Source of the DNA: Octopus bimaculoides
Lineage: Eukaryota
DNA: 64,000 nucleotides
NCBI RefSeq assembly: GCF_001194135.2
Contig: NC_068983.1
Coordinates: forward strand, 29,975,511-30,039,510
Direction of reading: 5' to 3'
Below are positions 37,458-49,800 of this stretch, in pieces (the first letter of the stretch is position 1; each line of letters opens with the position of its first letter). The notes below the pieces were generated by a model. It searched no databases. It saw only the letters and a list, made by a program, of their open reading frames with translations, and was not told where the DNA came from. A program made the translations under genes and the position numbers.

Positions 37458-37975
37458 CATCCATTTTCCATCATGGCATGGGTTGGACAGTTTGGCTGGA
37501 GCTGGTAAGGTCAGAGTCTGTACCAGGCTCCATTGTCTAGTTTGACATAGTTTCTATGACTGTGGCACTAACACCAGCACTTTTTACATGGCTTCATCAC
37601 CAGTACTTTTTATGTGGCACCAGCACCAGTGCTTTTTACATGGCACCAGCACTGATGCTTTTTATGTGGTACCAGCACTAACAGATTCACCAAATAAACT
37701 TGCAAGATAAAAACCTCTTCAGGATATCAGTTCTGTTGTGTATGTGTGCATGTGGTTAACAGAAGGCATAGGCATGACTGTGTGGTTAAGTTTGCTTTGC
37801 AAGTTCATAATTTAGAGTCCAGTCTCACTTGTAAGTATCTTCTATATAGCCCTGGGTCAATCAATATCTTATGGAGTAAAATTTGCTCACCAAAATGTCA
37901 ATATATGATTGGCTTCCTTGCAATTTTTGTCTACCAGTTTCACTCTCAAGATATTCAACCAGAAATGTAGGTGAA

Positions 37976-38179
37976 CCCTTTAGCATTTAAACCAACCATA
38001 TCTGGCCAATATATTTTGCCTGTTTTATGTTCATACTGGTTAGATCCAGCCTTTCATACCTTACCTACAATGTCATTCTAGTAATAAACTGTCACAGCAT
38101 TGAAACCCTGGAGCTTTGAGATAATGCATGATTAATTCAAAAGCATTACATTTGACAAAATAATCTAAATGCTAAAAGG
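37976..38179. mobile_element. piggyBac-type MITE, same family
   Basis: CCCTTTAGCATTTAAACC...GCTAAAAGG-TTAA. Confidence 0.7.
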
Positions 38180-38396
38180 TTAAGAAACCTTGTCAAATCA
38201 TAAGAATTTCAACATTAGCATTCAGAAAGCCTCCAACTACATCCAATGGAATAACACCTGTAAGGTTATCTCTTGGTTCAAGAATATATGAAATAAAAAC
38301 AGAAGCATACAGTTTGATATTGTGAAAGGTTTGCTCACCTTTGCTGAGCTTTATACTTTTATAAGCAATGAAGACTTAGATATCATATAAATTGGG

Positions 38397-38725
38397 TAAA
38401 GACCCCCTTTGATCAAGAATGACTGTGGGATTGCACCTAGAAAGTTACCCTCCAAAGTACAAGTCCAGGCACAGTTGTTTTATGGAAGACCAGTAGTTGC
38501 CCATGCATACTAGCCTCTCCTCTCCATGCCACTGATGTTATCCAAGGGAAAGGTAAAGGCCAATACAGCTTCGCACTAGTTACATCACAACTCATTTCTA
38601 CAGCTGAGTGAACTGGAGCAATGTGAAATAAAGTGTCTTGCTCAAGAACACAACACACAGCCTGGTCCAGGAATCAAACTCACTACCTCATGATTGTGAG
38701 CCCAACACTGAGTCATGCGCCTTCA
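38397..38725 (-). mobile_element. tRNA-headed SINE, copy of 10452-10795
   Basis: Colinear similarity over about 330 bp. Confidence 0.75.
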
Positions 38726-40042
38726 TATACTATACCAAGAAAACCCTACTCTTTGATAAGGATGCAGCCTGGGTAAGAAAAAAAAAGCCAAATCCAGAGG
38801 GTACCTCCAATGTGAACATGGGATCATTTATGTGATTTCACTGGGCTATTCAACTTGGATTCTTTAAAAAGGGTATTCTTCTTTATTTAGTTTACATAAG
38901 AATGACACTCTAACCATCTCCAGCCATGTTAATGAACACATATTAGGTTAAATAAAGATATTGAAGAGACATTCAAATCCCCAACTAGAGGAATTTAAAA
39001 GCATTGAGCTAGCAGCAATTTGTTGACAGGAAAAGTTACCAGTTGCATTCCGGCCACAAACAGCAACATCGTTGCTTGTAGCTCAGTTATGAACTGTCAC
39101 AATCTGTAGTGTAGTTCATTGTAAACTGTAAACATTCATACACACTCAGTTACTTGTATGTGTGTGTGTGTATACATGTACACATCTTTTGTTTTAAAAT
39201 AGATTTGGGCATTGCTCATGATTCCATGATGTGTGGTACTTTGTTTTCTCCGTAGCTTGTGGAGTGATTGAAGGTCCAAACATACATGTGTTGCCTCTTT
39301 CTTTTCAATCTCTTCATAGCTATAATTTTCAGTGAAATAACAGTGTTACGCAAAGCATTTGGACAAATGTAGTTGTTAGTCAGTCAGTTGGTTTTATGTT
39401 AACTGGATGATTGCAAAGGTAAGGTACTGGAATAGCCAAGCACCATGCTGAGAATCATCTGATATTTCAGTGAAATGAGACTCTAACAAAGTCAAAAATC
39501 TCATCAGCAGTTCAACTTCTACAAACGTCTGAATAGCTACCGGTTGAAAACTGTAATTTGCAGACATGTTATTTCTATGGCTTGTTCGTTAGGGATACTG
39601 TAAATCCAGATTGGTGAAGGCGCGTGGCGGCCAAGTGGGTTAGGATGTTGCATTCACACAGTGCATTGTGTTCTTGAGTAAAACGCTTCATTTGACATTT
39701 CTCTCATCCACTTAGTTGTAAATGAGTAACTTGGCAATGGACTGGCATCCTGTTCAGGGGTAATGTTGTGATCTCAGTTACTTATACGCAGAGATCTCAA
39801 AATAACTGGCATTAATAGTCTTAAGACTTGAAGACAGTAATAACCAGGGGAGACTTACTTTACAACACCATCTCAACTGTAGCATTAAGGAGGTGATGGA
39901 GCGAAAGAGTTGCTAACAGTAATTTTACATATGTGGCATCTTCCTACCATTCCCAGGCAATCCTACTGACTCAAGGATTGAACGGATATTTACCCTGAAT
40001 AGGTCTCCTTGTTTTAGGGTTGTTTCACATATCTCAAACTCT

Positions 40043-40402
40043 TCTACTTGTTTCAGTCTTTTGACTGCGACGAGGCTGGAGCACCGCCTTTAGTGGAACA
40101 AATCGACCCCAGGACTTATTCTTTGTAAGCCCGGTACTTATGCTATCGGTCTCTTTTGCCGAACCGCTAAGTTACAGGGACGCAAACACACCAACATCGT
40201 TTGTCAAGCGATGGTGGGGGGACAAACACAGACACACAAACATATATATACGGCGGGTTTCTTTCAGTTTCCGTTTACCGAATCCACTCACAAGGCTTTG
40301 ATCGGCCGGAGGCTATAACAGAAGACGCTTGCCCAAGGGGCCACGCAATGGGACTGAACCCGGAATCGTGTGGTTCTTATCACACAGCTACCCCTGCGCC
40401 TA
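40043..40402 (-). mobile_element. Full-length tRNA-headed SINE (family B; resembles Octopus OR2/CORE-type)
   Basis: Minus strand GGCGCAGGGGTAGCTGTGTG..GGTTCAGTCCC..CCTTGGGCAAG..GTGAGTGGATT..GGAAACTGAAAGAA..; related copies at about 11700, 16385, 22434, 24990, 35030, 44605, 57380, 61665 and 62375. Confidence 0.75.
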
Positions 40403-40479
40403 TGTTGTATAATTCTCCACAAGAAATCTATAACTGTCTCGTCGATACTGGCTAATTCATTGGTACTAAATAAAAATAC

Positions 40480-40918
40480 GTGAACGTAACGCCATCACAC
40501 TTCAGTCGGCTATTGTAGATTGTTTTGCTTTAGCGCCTCCAATTTGTCGTATTGCTTTAAATTTTTGCGGGCGGTCAAGGGTGTTTTGAAAACGTATGGC
40601 TCCAAAAAGATTGTTCCCTCCCCGACTCCACCACACACATAACTTATAGAAAAAATAACCTTACAACTCATCAGTTAATAGAAAGCTGATTTCTCTACTA
40701 GGAAAAAAATAGGAAAACAATTTTAAGAGCCGAATTAGTAAACCAAATTGAGAAATTAATTCCAATTATTTGCTACCAAACTACCAAATACTTTCAGTCG
40801 TTTTCAGAAACTGTGGAGAGTTCGCTTTTGGAAGCTGAACCAAGAATTAAAGCAGTTTAACGCATGCGCAGTTGTACAGATTCCGTCGAACAAATTTGAA
40901 AGCAAAACGTGTGCAACT
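40480..40918 (+). promoter_or_regulatory. NCBP1 promoter and 5' UTR region
   Basis: CpG-enriched; NRF1-like CGCATGCGCA at 40861-40870; TTTTTGCGGGCGG near 40562. Confidence 0.6.
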
Positions 40919-40961
40919 ATGTCGAGGCGAAGACGTGGTTCCTTCAGTGACGATGAAGACA
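40919..40961 (+). CDS. NCBP1: NCBP1 exon 1 (coding part)
   Basis: ATG; [14 protein letters not shown]; donor gtaagt; CpG-rich context. Confidence 0.92.
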
Positions 40962-43839
40962 GTAAGTTAAATTCTGCTTTTTTATTATAGCTCAATAACA
41001 TAACTGATATCTAAGTAGTATGAATCGTATCAGTTATTATATTTACACAGTAAACTCGTCGCAAAGTCCTCGACTCCAGTTGACTTACCGGCTCAGCAAA
41101 CACCCTTGTTTTTGCTCTAACGTCATTTTCTCTGTTAATTTTAATTTAATTTCTATATTCAGCATCGTCTAATAAATAAATATTTGCCTTTATGAATCCA
41201 ATGTTTCAAAAACATAATTATTAATTTCATTCCGCTTTTTAAAATTACAATCTGTTTGCTAACCGTTATTCAGTATTTCATGTTTTCACCATTTACCTTT
41301 GTAAATTGCAAATTGTTTTGGTTCCGATGTTTTAGTTATTAACTCGTTTCTATCTTGGTGTCTGTAAAACTTGGATCCTACCGTTCTAAGTAATCGTATA
41401 TTTTCTTGTATCTCTTTATGTTTATTGCGTAGTATTGTGTATATGTATACGGTGTATACTTTTTATGTCTGTTATATACACATTGACATCTTAACCAACG
41501 TCTCAATTCAAAAAGAATAATATAACTGAACAAGGATATTATATGAAACCACAACATAACTTGATAATTGCTTTAAAACTGTCAGGCGGGATAACATGAG
41601 CGTCACGACCCTTATAATTCGTTTACCCTTAAAATATTGGGCCTTTGTTCTTCGTGAAATGTAATATTTGAGGTCGAGATTCTTGTGACGACAGAGTGAG
41701 CAAGTGAATGCATCGTTGTTGGATTCAGTTATGTTTGTCTCCTTCTCGGTTCCTTGTTCAGATCCCACTTTACCGAAATACACTTGGATCGAACCAGTCA
41801 GCTTTATCAGTTCCTACAAAAAAGAAAAAAGAACCGATCTTTCTGCCTTATTAAGTTTCTTTAATAAAGCCAGACGCCACCTTGTGAACCGATTTCAGTT
41901 GATATATTGACGCCAATTCACTGATGCGTCCCCATTGTCTTCAAGAAAAGCATGCTTCTGATTCTTCTCCCTTATAAATTTCTTACTTTATGGCATGTCT
42001 TAGACTAAGGGTAATCTGCCGGGTCTCTGTCCTTCTTTCGACCGATCTCTTACAGAAACCCATTTTTATTTTTGTATGTCACATATGTTCTTGACTAAGA
42101 AAACATAAAGCTCACTGTTGTTTTACCTCCCTTATAATTCTGATACTTTCTACCTGCATAATAAATCAATCAATGTCTTTTTCATAGAAAAACATTAAAA
42201 AAATCTTGCTTTTGTCTCTAAAATTCCGGTTCTATTTCTGTTATTGTAAGTTACCAATATTTATCCTAGTTTTGACTTATTGTTCACCAATAATTCACAC
42301 TATATATTAATCTGGACCAACGAGGACGCATCTAGCTGGTCGTTCGACCTGTTAGAAATAGCAACCAAACAAACCTTTACTCAAAATACTTCCCACCGTC
42401 TTATAAAGAGAAAGAATACCTAGCAAGAAGCTGTTCCAGATGTCTGGAAAATGGTGTCAGCTCAATTAGGTCTAAGTTTGATATAATCCATGAATATCCA
42501 TGAATTAGTACTTTGACTTGTAACCCTTCTACTTAATCCACATCACTATAACACAGAAGTTAAATGCATTCGACTTCGATTTTCGTGGCTTTTCTGCATA
42601 TGTGCAACAATTCCCTATGTTCGTTTGCCCATAAAATATTGGGCTTTTGTTCCTAGTGAAATAAAATGTAATATTTGAGGTCGGGATTGCTGTTTACCGT
42701 TTTCAATACCGAACTCGTATTTCCAAGACAACCTATGAAGTATTCCTCACGAGACTTCTAACCTGAAAGAAACCTTAAATATTTTCATTCTGTTCTCTCA
42801 TTCACAACCTATCAGACTTTTCTACCACCGTCATCACATTGTCTATTTCCAATTTTAATTGGACTCTGGTGCGTCATTCCTTTAAAAATGTCATTCCTCG
42901 AGTTGTTGCCCTTGTCTTCGTTTGATTTATTTAAACGCTGTTCAACAATGTTTGCCTCTCCTAGATACGAAATATAATCGCCATCGATTAAAGTTATTGT
43001 ATTCGCTATAATGTGTTTGCTAGCACTTATTTCACTATCTGTAACTGGTTTGTAAAGTACATATTTATTTGATCTTTACTTTTATTATTATTATTATTGA
43101 GTGAGAGATCAGCACATGCCATTAAAGTGACACTGGGGTGCAAATATATGAAGCCCATTATATCCATCATGACTACCCACCTGATAAGGGTACACCAGGC
43201 ACATGCATCACAACCATATGTGTGCGACATGGTGATCTCATATCAAGATAAACAGCGCATGACCTTGCAGGTGGGGTCCAGTTAGAATTTTCTTCAGGTT
43301 GAGTAGCCCATCCCCCTCAAAAAGTCCCTGAATAAGGTTTGTTTAAGGATGATGAATGAAATACCCGTGTTTTCCAGAGGTAAATTATTCAAACCTCAAA
43401 GAATTCCTCTCAACACATGGTTATGATACTTCTCCTCTACTTCTGCTCGTGATCAAGATGCACATATCATCAGCTACTAAGGGACATGCTCAACTGGTTG
43501 AGATCAAACAATTGACAAGCATATCTGTAGTATTTACTGTAGCCCATCTTTTATACAAAGACAAAACATTTACATGATAACACTTCCAGTCAGTTAAGAT
43601 CAAAAGCCATGAGAACCATATTATTATTATTAAGATGGCGAGCTGGTAGAATCGTTAGCATGCTGGCTGAAATGCTTAGTGGTATTTCGCCCGTCATTGT
43701 GTTCTAAGTTCAAATTCTGCTGAGGTCGATTTTGCTTTTCATCCTTTCAGGGTCGATAAATTAAGTACCAGTGAAACATTGGGGTTAATGTATAGTCCCC
43801 TTTCACAAAATTTCAAGCCTTGTGCCTATAGTAGAAAGG

Positions 43840-43879
<40 letters not shown>

Positions 43880-46800
43880 GTTTGTCAGAGAGAGGACCAG
43901 TGAGAAGGGGAGACATGTGGGACAGAAAGTCACTGAAAAGGTCACAGAATGTGTGACAAACTAATAATAATAAAGTGAAGATCAAATAAACAGTGCATGT
44001 TTAATTGACAAAAACTGACCATCTCCCAATATAACAATACCTGTTTCAACATACAATTTCACATCAAGAATTTTGCAAAACATTAAAAAAATAGTCACGA
44101 ATGAGTTAAAGAAAATATGATCTTTTTTTTTTATTTGTTTTTACTGATTCCATTTTTAATTATAATTCGCTGCAGTGGCTGTTTTAACATGGTTATTTTG
44201 GTCAAGATGTTTGCTTTGCAGCAATATAGTTAGAGGTTTGATCTTATTTCAGTATGACATCTTGAGTAAATGCCTTCTGTTATAGTCTTGGCTCAACCAA
44301 AGCCTTGTAAGTGAAATTTAGTTGAGAGAAAGTGTTTGGAAACCACTTTGTCCATTCCTTTTTTGGGGCAAAAATTTTAATCTGTCTCTGAGTTTAACAC
44401 CACCTACCCATTGGGTGCCTTTAGCTTGGTGTAAATATCTGGGCTAAGTGTCTGGTCTGAGGATAATTTTCTTCCTTCCTCTTGCTAATCATGATGTACT
44501 GAAAATAGCTATGGACACTGCCATTGCTACCCTGACTAAACCAATGATTAAAAAAAAAGCCTTCACTTAAGTAAACGTTGTTTTGACTTGTTACAACACT
44601 AGATGCAGGTGTGGCTATGTGGTCAAGAAGTTTACTTCTCAACCACATGGTTTCCAGTTCAGTCCCTCTACATGGTACCATTAGCAAGTGTCTTCTACTA
44701 TAGCCTAAGGCTGACCACTTGTGAGTGGATTCAGTAGATGGAAACTGAAAGAAGTCTGTCGTGTGTGTGTATGTTTGTGTCTCCTTGTCGTTTTGTTACA
44801 TAACATTGTAAATGAATATCATTTATTTCTAATATTCTGCAAAATGTCTGACCATAGAGAAATATTACCTTGGTTGGAAAGAAATGTTATTGACAGGGAG
44901 GACATCAGGTTGTAGAATACCTGCCTTAATAAGTTCCGTCTGACCCATACAAGCATGGAAAAGCAGACATTTAAAAAAATGATGATTCCATTCTCATGCA
45001 AGCCATATGTAATTATCATATGCTAAATAATAATTGCATTGTAACTTTCTGCTAGTTTTTAGACGTGTGTCAATGTTAGACATTAGATGGCAGGGTCTTT
45101 GATAAACTGTGCTAATTTGAGAAGTGGAATCACAATATCATTATATTTACTGAAAGGATTTGGGTTTTCAGTAAATGGTCATCAAAGTTGACAAACAAAT
45201 GAGCATATATTTCTTAATGATCAGATGAATTGCTGGAAATAACAGCCAAATATCACCTTACTCTGCGTTATATATAAATGGCAAGAGCATATTGAATAAT
45301 AATGTCCTAAATATGCCATGTTTAGGAAAAAAAGACAAGAAAGGTCAACTAGAACTCCTTGGGTTATCGGCTGCTCTGCTGGTTGTTATTATTGTTTATC
45401 CCACCCACNNNNNNNNNNGATCATTGTTTTCTGTTTGTTTTTTCCCCAGTGGCCGTTGCCAGTACCGCCTGACTGGCCCTCATGCCAGTGGCATGTAAAA
45501 GCACTCATTACACTCTCGGAGTGGTTGGTGTTAGGAAGGGCATCCAGCTGTAGAAACTGCCAAATCAGATTGGAGCCTGGTGCAGCCATCTGGTTCACCA
45601 GCCCTCAGTCGAATCGTCCAACCCATTCTAGCATGGAAAGCGGACGTTAAACGATGATGATGATGATTGTTAACTGTGAGAGATTTGGCTGCTATTTCTA
45701 ACAGGTCGATTGAACCTGCAAATAATTCCCTCTACTAGGAACCTGTTTTAATAAGGGCAATTTTTTGCAGTCACAGAGATTAACTGAATTTCTCCAACTT
45801 GACGTCTGGAAGGGACATGCACATTGAATAATGATATTGTTCTAGCTCCCCATCAGCTTTCAGCAAGCAAACCTTATGATGAAAGACATTCCACCTGTGA
45901 CCATCCATCCTTTTTTTTTCTTGTTAGTATAGCAAAATTTACGTATCAAAATAGAAATAAGAAAATTTAACAAAATGTAGGATTTTTATTATTTCTATTA
46001 TGTTACTACTATTTATTGTCTCAATATAATTACAGCTCGTTCGAGGAAGCGGAGGAGGACAAATGACTTTCTGGATATTGAAGAACGGTTGGAATCTTTG
46101 ATTACCAGGGTTGGAGAAAAGGTATGTCTGTATAGCACACAGTTTTGTTGTACACAAGTAAACTCTTCTAGTTTGTCTAACAGCACTTCACACCTGTCAA
46201 AACAAAAGCACCCAAATACTTTGCATTCAAACAAACCTCTGTGTAGGTCACATGTATTTCAGTGAGAGAAATTTTTTTCTCAGAAATATTACTGAAGAAT
46301 TAAAATTCTTTTACAAATTATATTTTCCAAGAATTGGTAGAGTACCAAGACCAAAGACCCTGTAGTGTTTCATTACATTGCTTTATATTCTTAGTTTAGT
46401 CTTACTGAAGTCAGCTTCACCTTTCTTCCATCCAAGGATTATGAAATAAAATACCAGTCAAGTATGAAGGCAGATATAATCAATTATATCCATTTCAAAT
46501 TTTAGGCCTTATGCATATATAAGAAATCTTCATTATTGTTAGACTGGTGCATGACCTGTTGTTTTATGCCTATAATGAGTAATCCTTTTTTTTTGTTTTT
46601 GAAAAACATGTATATTCAAGAAAGAATTAAAAGATGGCAAAACAGTATTGAAATAAAAAAAAAAAAACATTTAGTAGATCAAAATACATATTAGGCTTTA
46701 ACCGATTTAAAAATTTAATGGGAGAGTTGCGAACCAAACTGAAAGTTACGCAACAAACTGGCAAATTTAACAATCATTATTATAAAGATTAGTGAAATGG

Positions 46801-49800
46801 TGAGCTGATAGAATCATTAGCATGCCGGGCAAAATGCTTAGGGGTGTTTCATCCATCTTTATGTTCTGAATTCAAATTCTTCCGAGATCAACTTTGCCTT
46901 TCATTCAGGTTTGATAAATTAAGTACCAGTGAAACACTGGGGGTCAATATAATTGACTGGTCCCCTCCCCCGAAATTTCAGGCCTTGTGCCTATAGAAAG
47001 GATTATTATAAAAATTAGTGAAATTGTTAGTGTTGGGCAAAATGCTTTGTAATATTTCCCATATTTAATAGCACATTCTCTTTAGTTCATCATCATTTTA
47101 TATCAATTTTAAAGTGATATATAAACAAATAAAAGACTGTAATTATAGTATGTATTTCTTTAGGTTTCCAGTGTGTTTCTACAAAATGTTTTACTTATAT
47201 TTTCAATTCAGAGCACCTCATCATTGGAGAGTAACCTTGAAGGACTTGCTAATGTACTTGAAACTGATCTACCAAATTACAAGCATAAAATTCTGAAAAT
47301 ATTATGTGAATGGTCAGTTATTTCATTGCCTAAATTTTCTTGATAATAATTTGGTCTTATTTTCAAATTTTATAAATGATTATTTTGATATTGATTTATT
47401 ATCATCAGATATAATGGTTTTATTTACATAAAATAATGAAGCTTTTGATTTGTATGCAATGAAAATTTGTGATGTTAGTTATTTTCTGAAGTTTTTAGTG
47501 AGATACAATGTCCAACCTATGTTAGCATGGAAAAGCTAATAAATTTGAACAAATGAATAGTTATAAGGTTATTGTGTTTGACTACTAATCACAAGATCAT
47601 AAGTTCTAATCTTAATATAGATATTGTGTTTTTCCCCCCACTTTGCTCAATCCTGTTTGTATAAAATTTTTTTAGAAATAACTAATTTAAAAGAGAGGAG
47701 AGAAAAAGCAATCAAAACCTAGATTGTCCCTCATACTAATCCCACTGCTTGACAACCAGTGTTGGTTTGATGTCCCCATAACTTAGCAGTTCAGCAAAAA
47801 GAACAAATAGAATACCAGACTTGAAAATAAGTAATGGTTCGATTTACCTAAAACCTTTGAAAGCAGTGCCTTGGCTTGATTGCAGTCCAATGACTGAAAC
47901 AAGTAAAAGATTAAAAATATGTGTACACCTCACACATTGAATGCCTTTAACAGAGTCCACTCTGTTGCAAGCATTCAAATCAGGTCTCTGTTTTGAGGAC
48001 ACATTCTTCTTTCTCTCCTTTCAGTCTCTGTGGCAATGTAAAGCATCATGGGAACTGCCTTCCCTCCTGACAAAAAAGAAAAATTTGCATATCCTTAAAT
48101 TTGAGCACATCCTACCTCTTGCTGCTATGTTTGTTAAACCTGGTACTTAACCCAGCTCTGCCATGAGAGAAATATGGTGGTTAAAATAGAAATTGTAATT
48201 TTTTCAACTGAAGTTCCAGTGCAGAATTTACATAACATTTTTTTTTGTTTTTTCACTTTCAGTGTTGTTCGATTACCTGAGAAGTTAACTGTTTATACAA
48301 CTTTGGTGGGATTGTTGAATGCCAAGAACTATAACTGCGGGGGCGAGGTATTTATGTTCATCATCATCATCTATAGTATATATGATAAAATTATATCAGT
48401 CATAGTCTGTGTGGAAAATAAGAAAAGAATAAACGGCTTTATTTTCTTAGTGTTTTTATTTTTCTTTGGTCTGCCACTATGTCATATTGTAAATTCATTT
48501 TGATGTTATTAATATATTTAGGATTTAATAAATATATTTGAAGAATGAAAAAGCTGTTGGCAATTGCTTTAAATGACCCTTTAATCTTGCTTTTGCTTCT
48601 TTTTTTTTTAATGAGATTCTGTTAATGTAATTGTGGAGTTGCACTTGTTTGGCTAGTAACTTGCTTTGAAATTGTATTGAAACGAAAACAATGTGAATTT
48701 ACGTCTGTTTTCCTATGCTGGCATGAATTCTTTAGGTCTTGTGACTTTGTGACAGCTTTTCAGCATCTATAATTCACAGGAACTGAGAAAACCAGTCATA
48801 TTTATCACTGTAATTTAAGGTTTTTTTTAGTCAAATGCTGTAACTGAGTTCATTTTATTGTACCACCATCACTAGAATGATTGTCTACTGTAGGACTAAA
48901 GAGTCCCCCTCATCCTTTCCCCTACTTCAGCTTATTTTTAACATATACTTCATATTATATTTTATTTTGCGAATATTATATCTTATAAATTGTCTAAACG
49001 TTTTAGTGGGCAAAACATAGAGGTTATACATCTGCAGTCAGGTCACTGGAATGATGTCATTATATAGATTATAGATGTATCATAAAAGTTTTTGACAATT
49101 GTTAGTGTACAATATCTCAAAGTTGAAGTTAAGCTAAAGCTGTTTTAAATGTCCGTCATGACTACTGTTGTATAATTGGACAATATAATTAATTTAGAAA
49201 TACTCCACCAATTCACTGTCTTCATCCCTTCTTATGTTCTATGCTCACCTTGTGCCTTAACCCTTTAGCATTTAAACCGGCCATATCCGGCCAAAAGTAT
49301 TCTGCCTATTCTATGTTCAAACTGGCCAGATCTGGTCTCTCACACCAACCCTACAATATCGTTTTAAAAATTAACAGCTACCTCATCAAGATCTCATAGC
49401 TACAAGATAATACATGATTAGTTCAAAACATTGTGGATAAAAAAGCATTGAATTTGGCAGAATAATGCAAACACTAAAGGGTTAAGGATATGCTCTAATA
49501 TCTCTTCGCTACCATCTTTATCTTTTCCCCAGTTACTCTCACCCTTATATAGTTTTGAGTAGCCCCACATATCTTCTTTATAGCAAGAAAATGGTACTTG
49601 CTCCTCTATCATACTTTAGCCTTTCACCACCTGTCATATAGCCACCTCCCCCTCTCAAATACTCCTCCCTACCACACACTTAGTTGAGGAGCCTTTCTCC
49701 TTCTTTCAAGTTACTTTGGCAACCTCACAAGTGCCAGTGGCATGAAAAAAAAGCATCCAGTATACTCTATGAAGTGGTCAGCATTAAGAAGAGTAGCCAT

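Noticed and set aside
39256-39418. + strand exon-like unit (TTTCTCCGTAG ... AAG|GTAAGG) upstream of NCBP1
   Set aside because: All three frames are closed, there is no partner exon or promoter evidence, and such site pairs arise by chance in AT-rich DNA.
39405-39465. Possible box C/D snoRNA (GGATGA..CTGA..CTGA)
   Set aside because: Non-canonical C box, no terminal stem, and no recognisable rRNA-complementary guide.
39440-39515. Minus-strand CTGATGA...GAAA
   Set aside because: No stem II closes directly onto GAAA, and there is no stem III or cleavage triplet.
41626-42700. Two similar 65-bp segments (41626, 42627) in NCBP1 intron 1
   Set aside because: Short diverged fragments, most likely of a dispersed repeat; no further structure seen.
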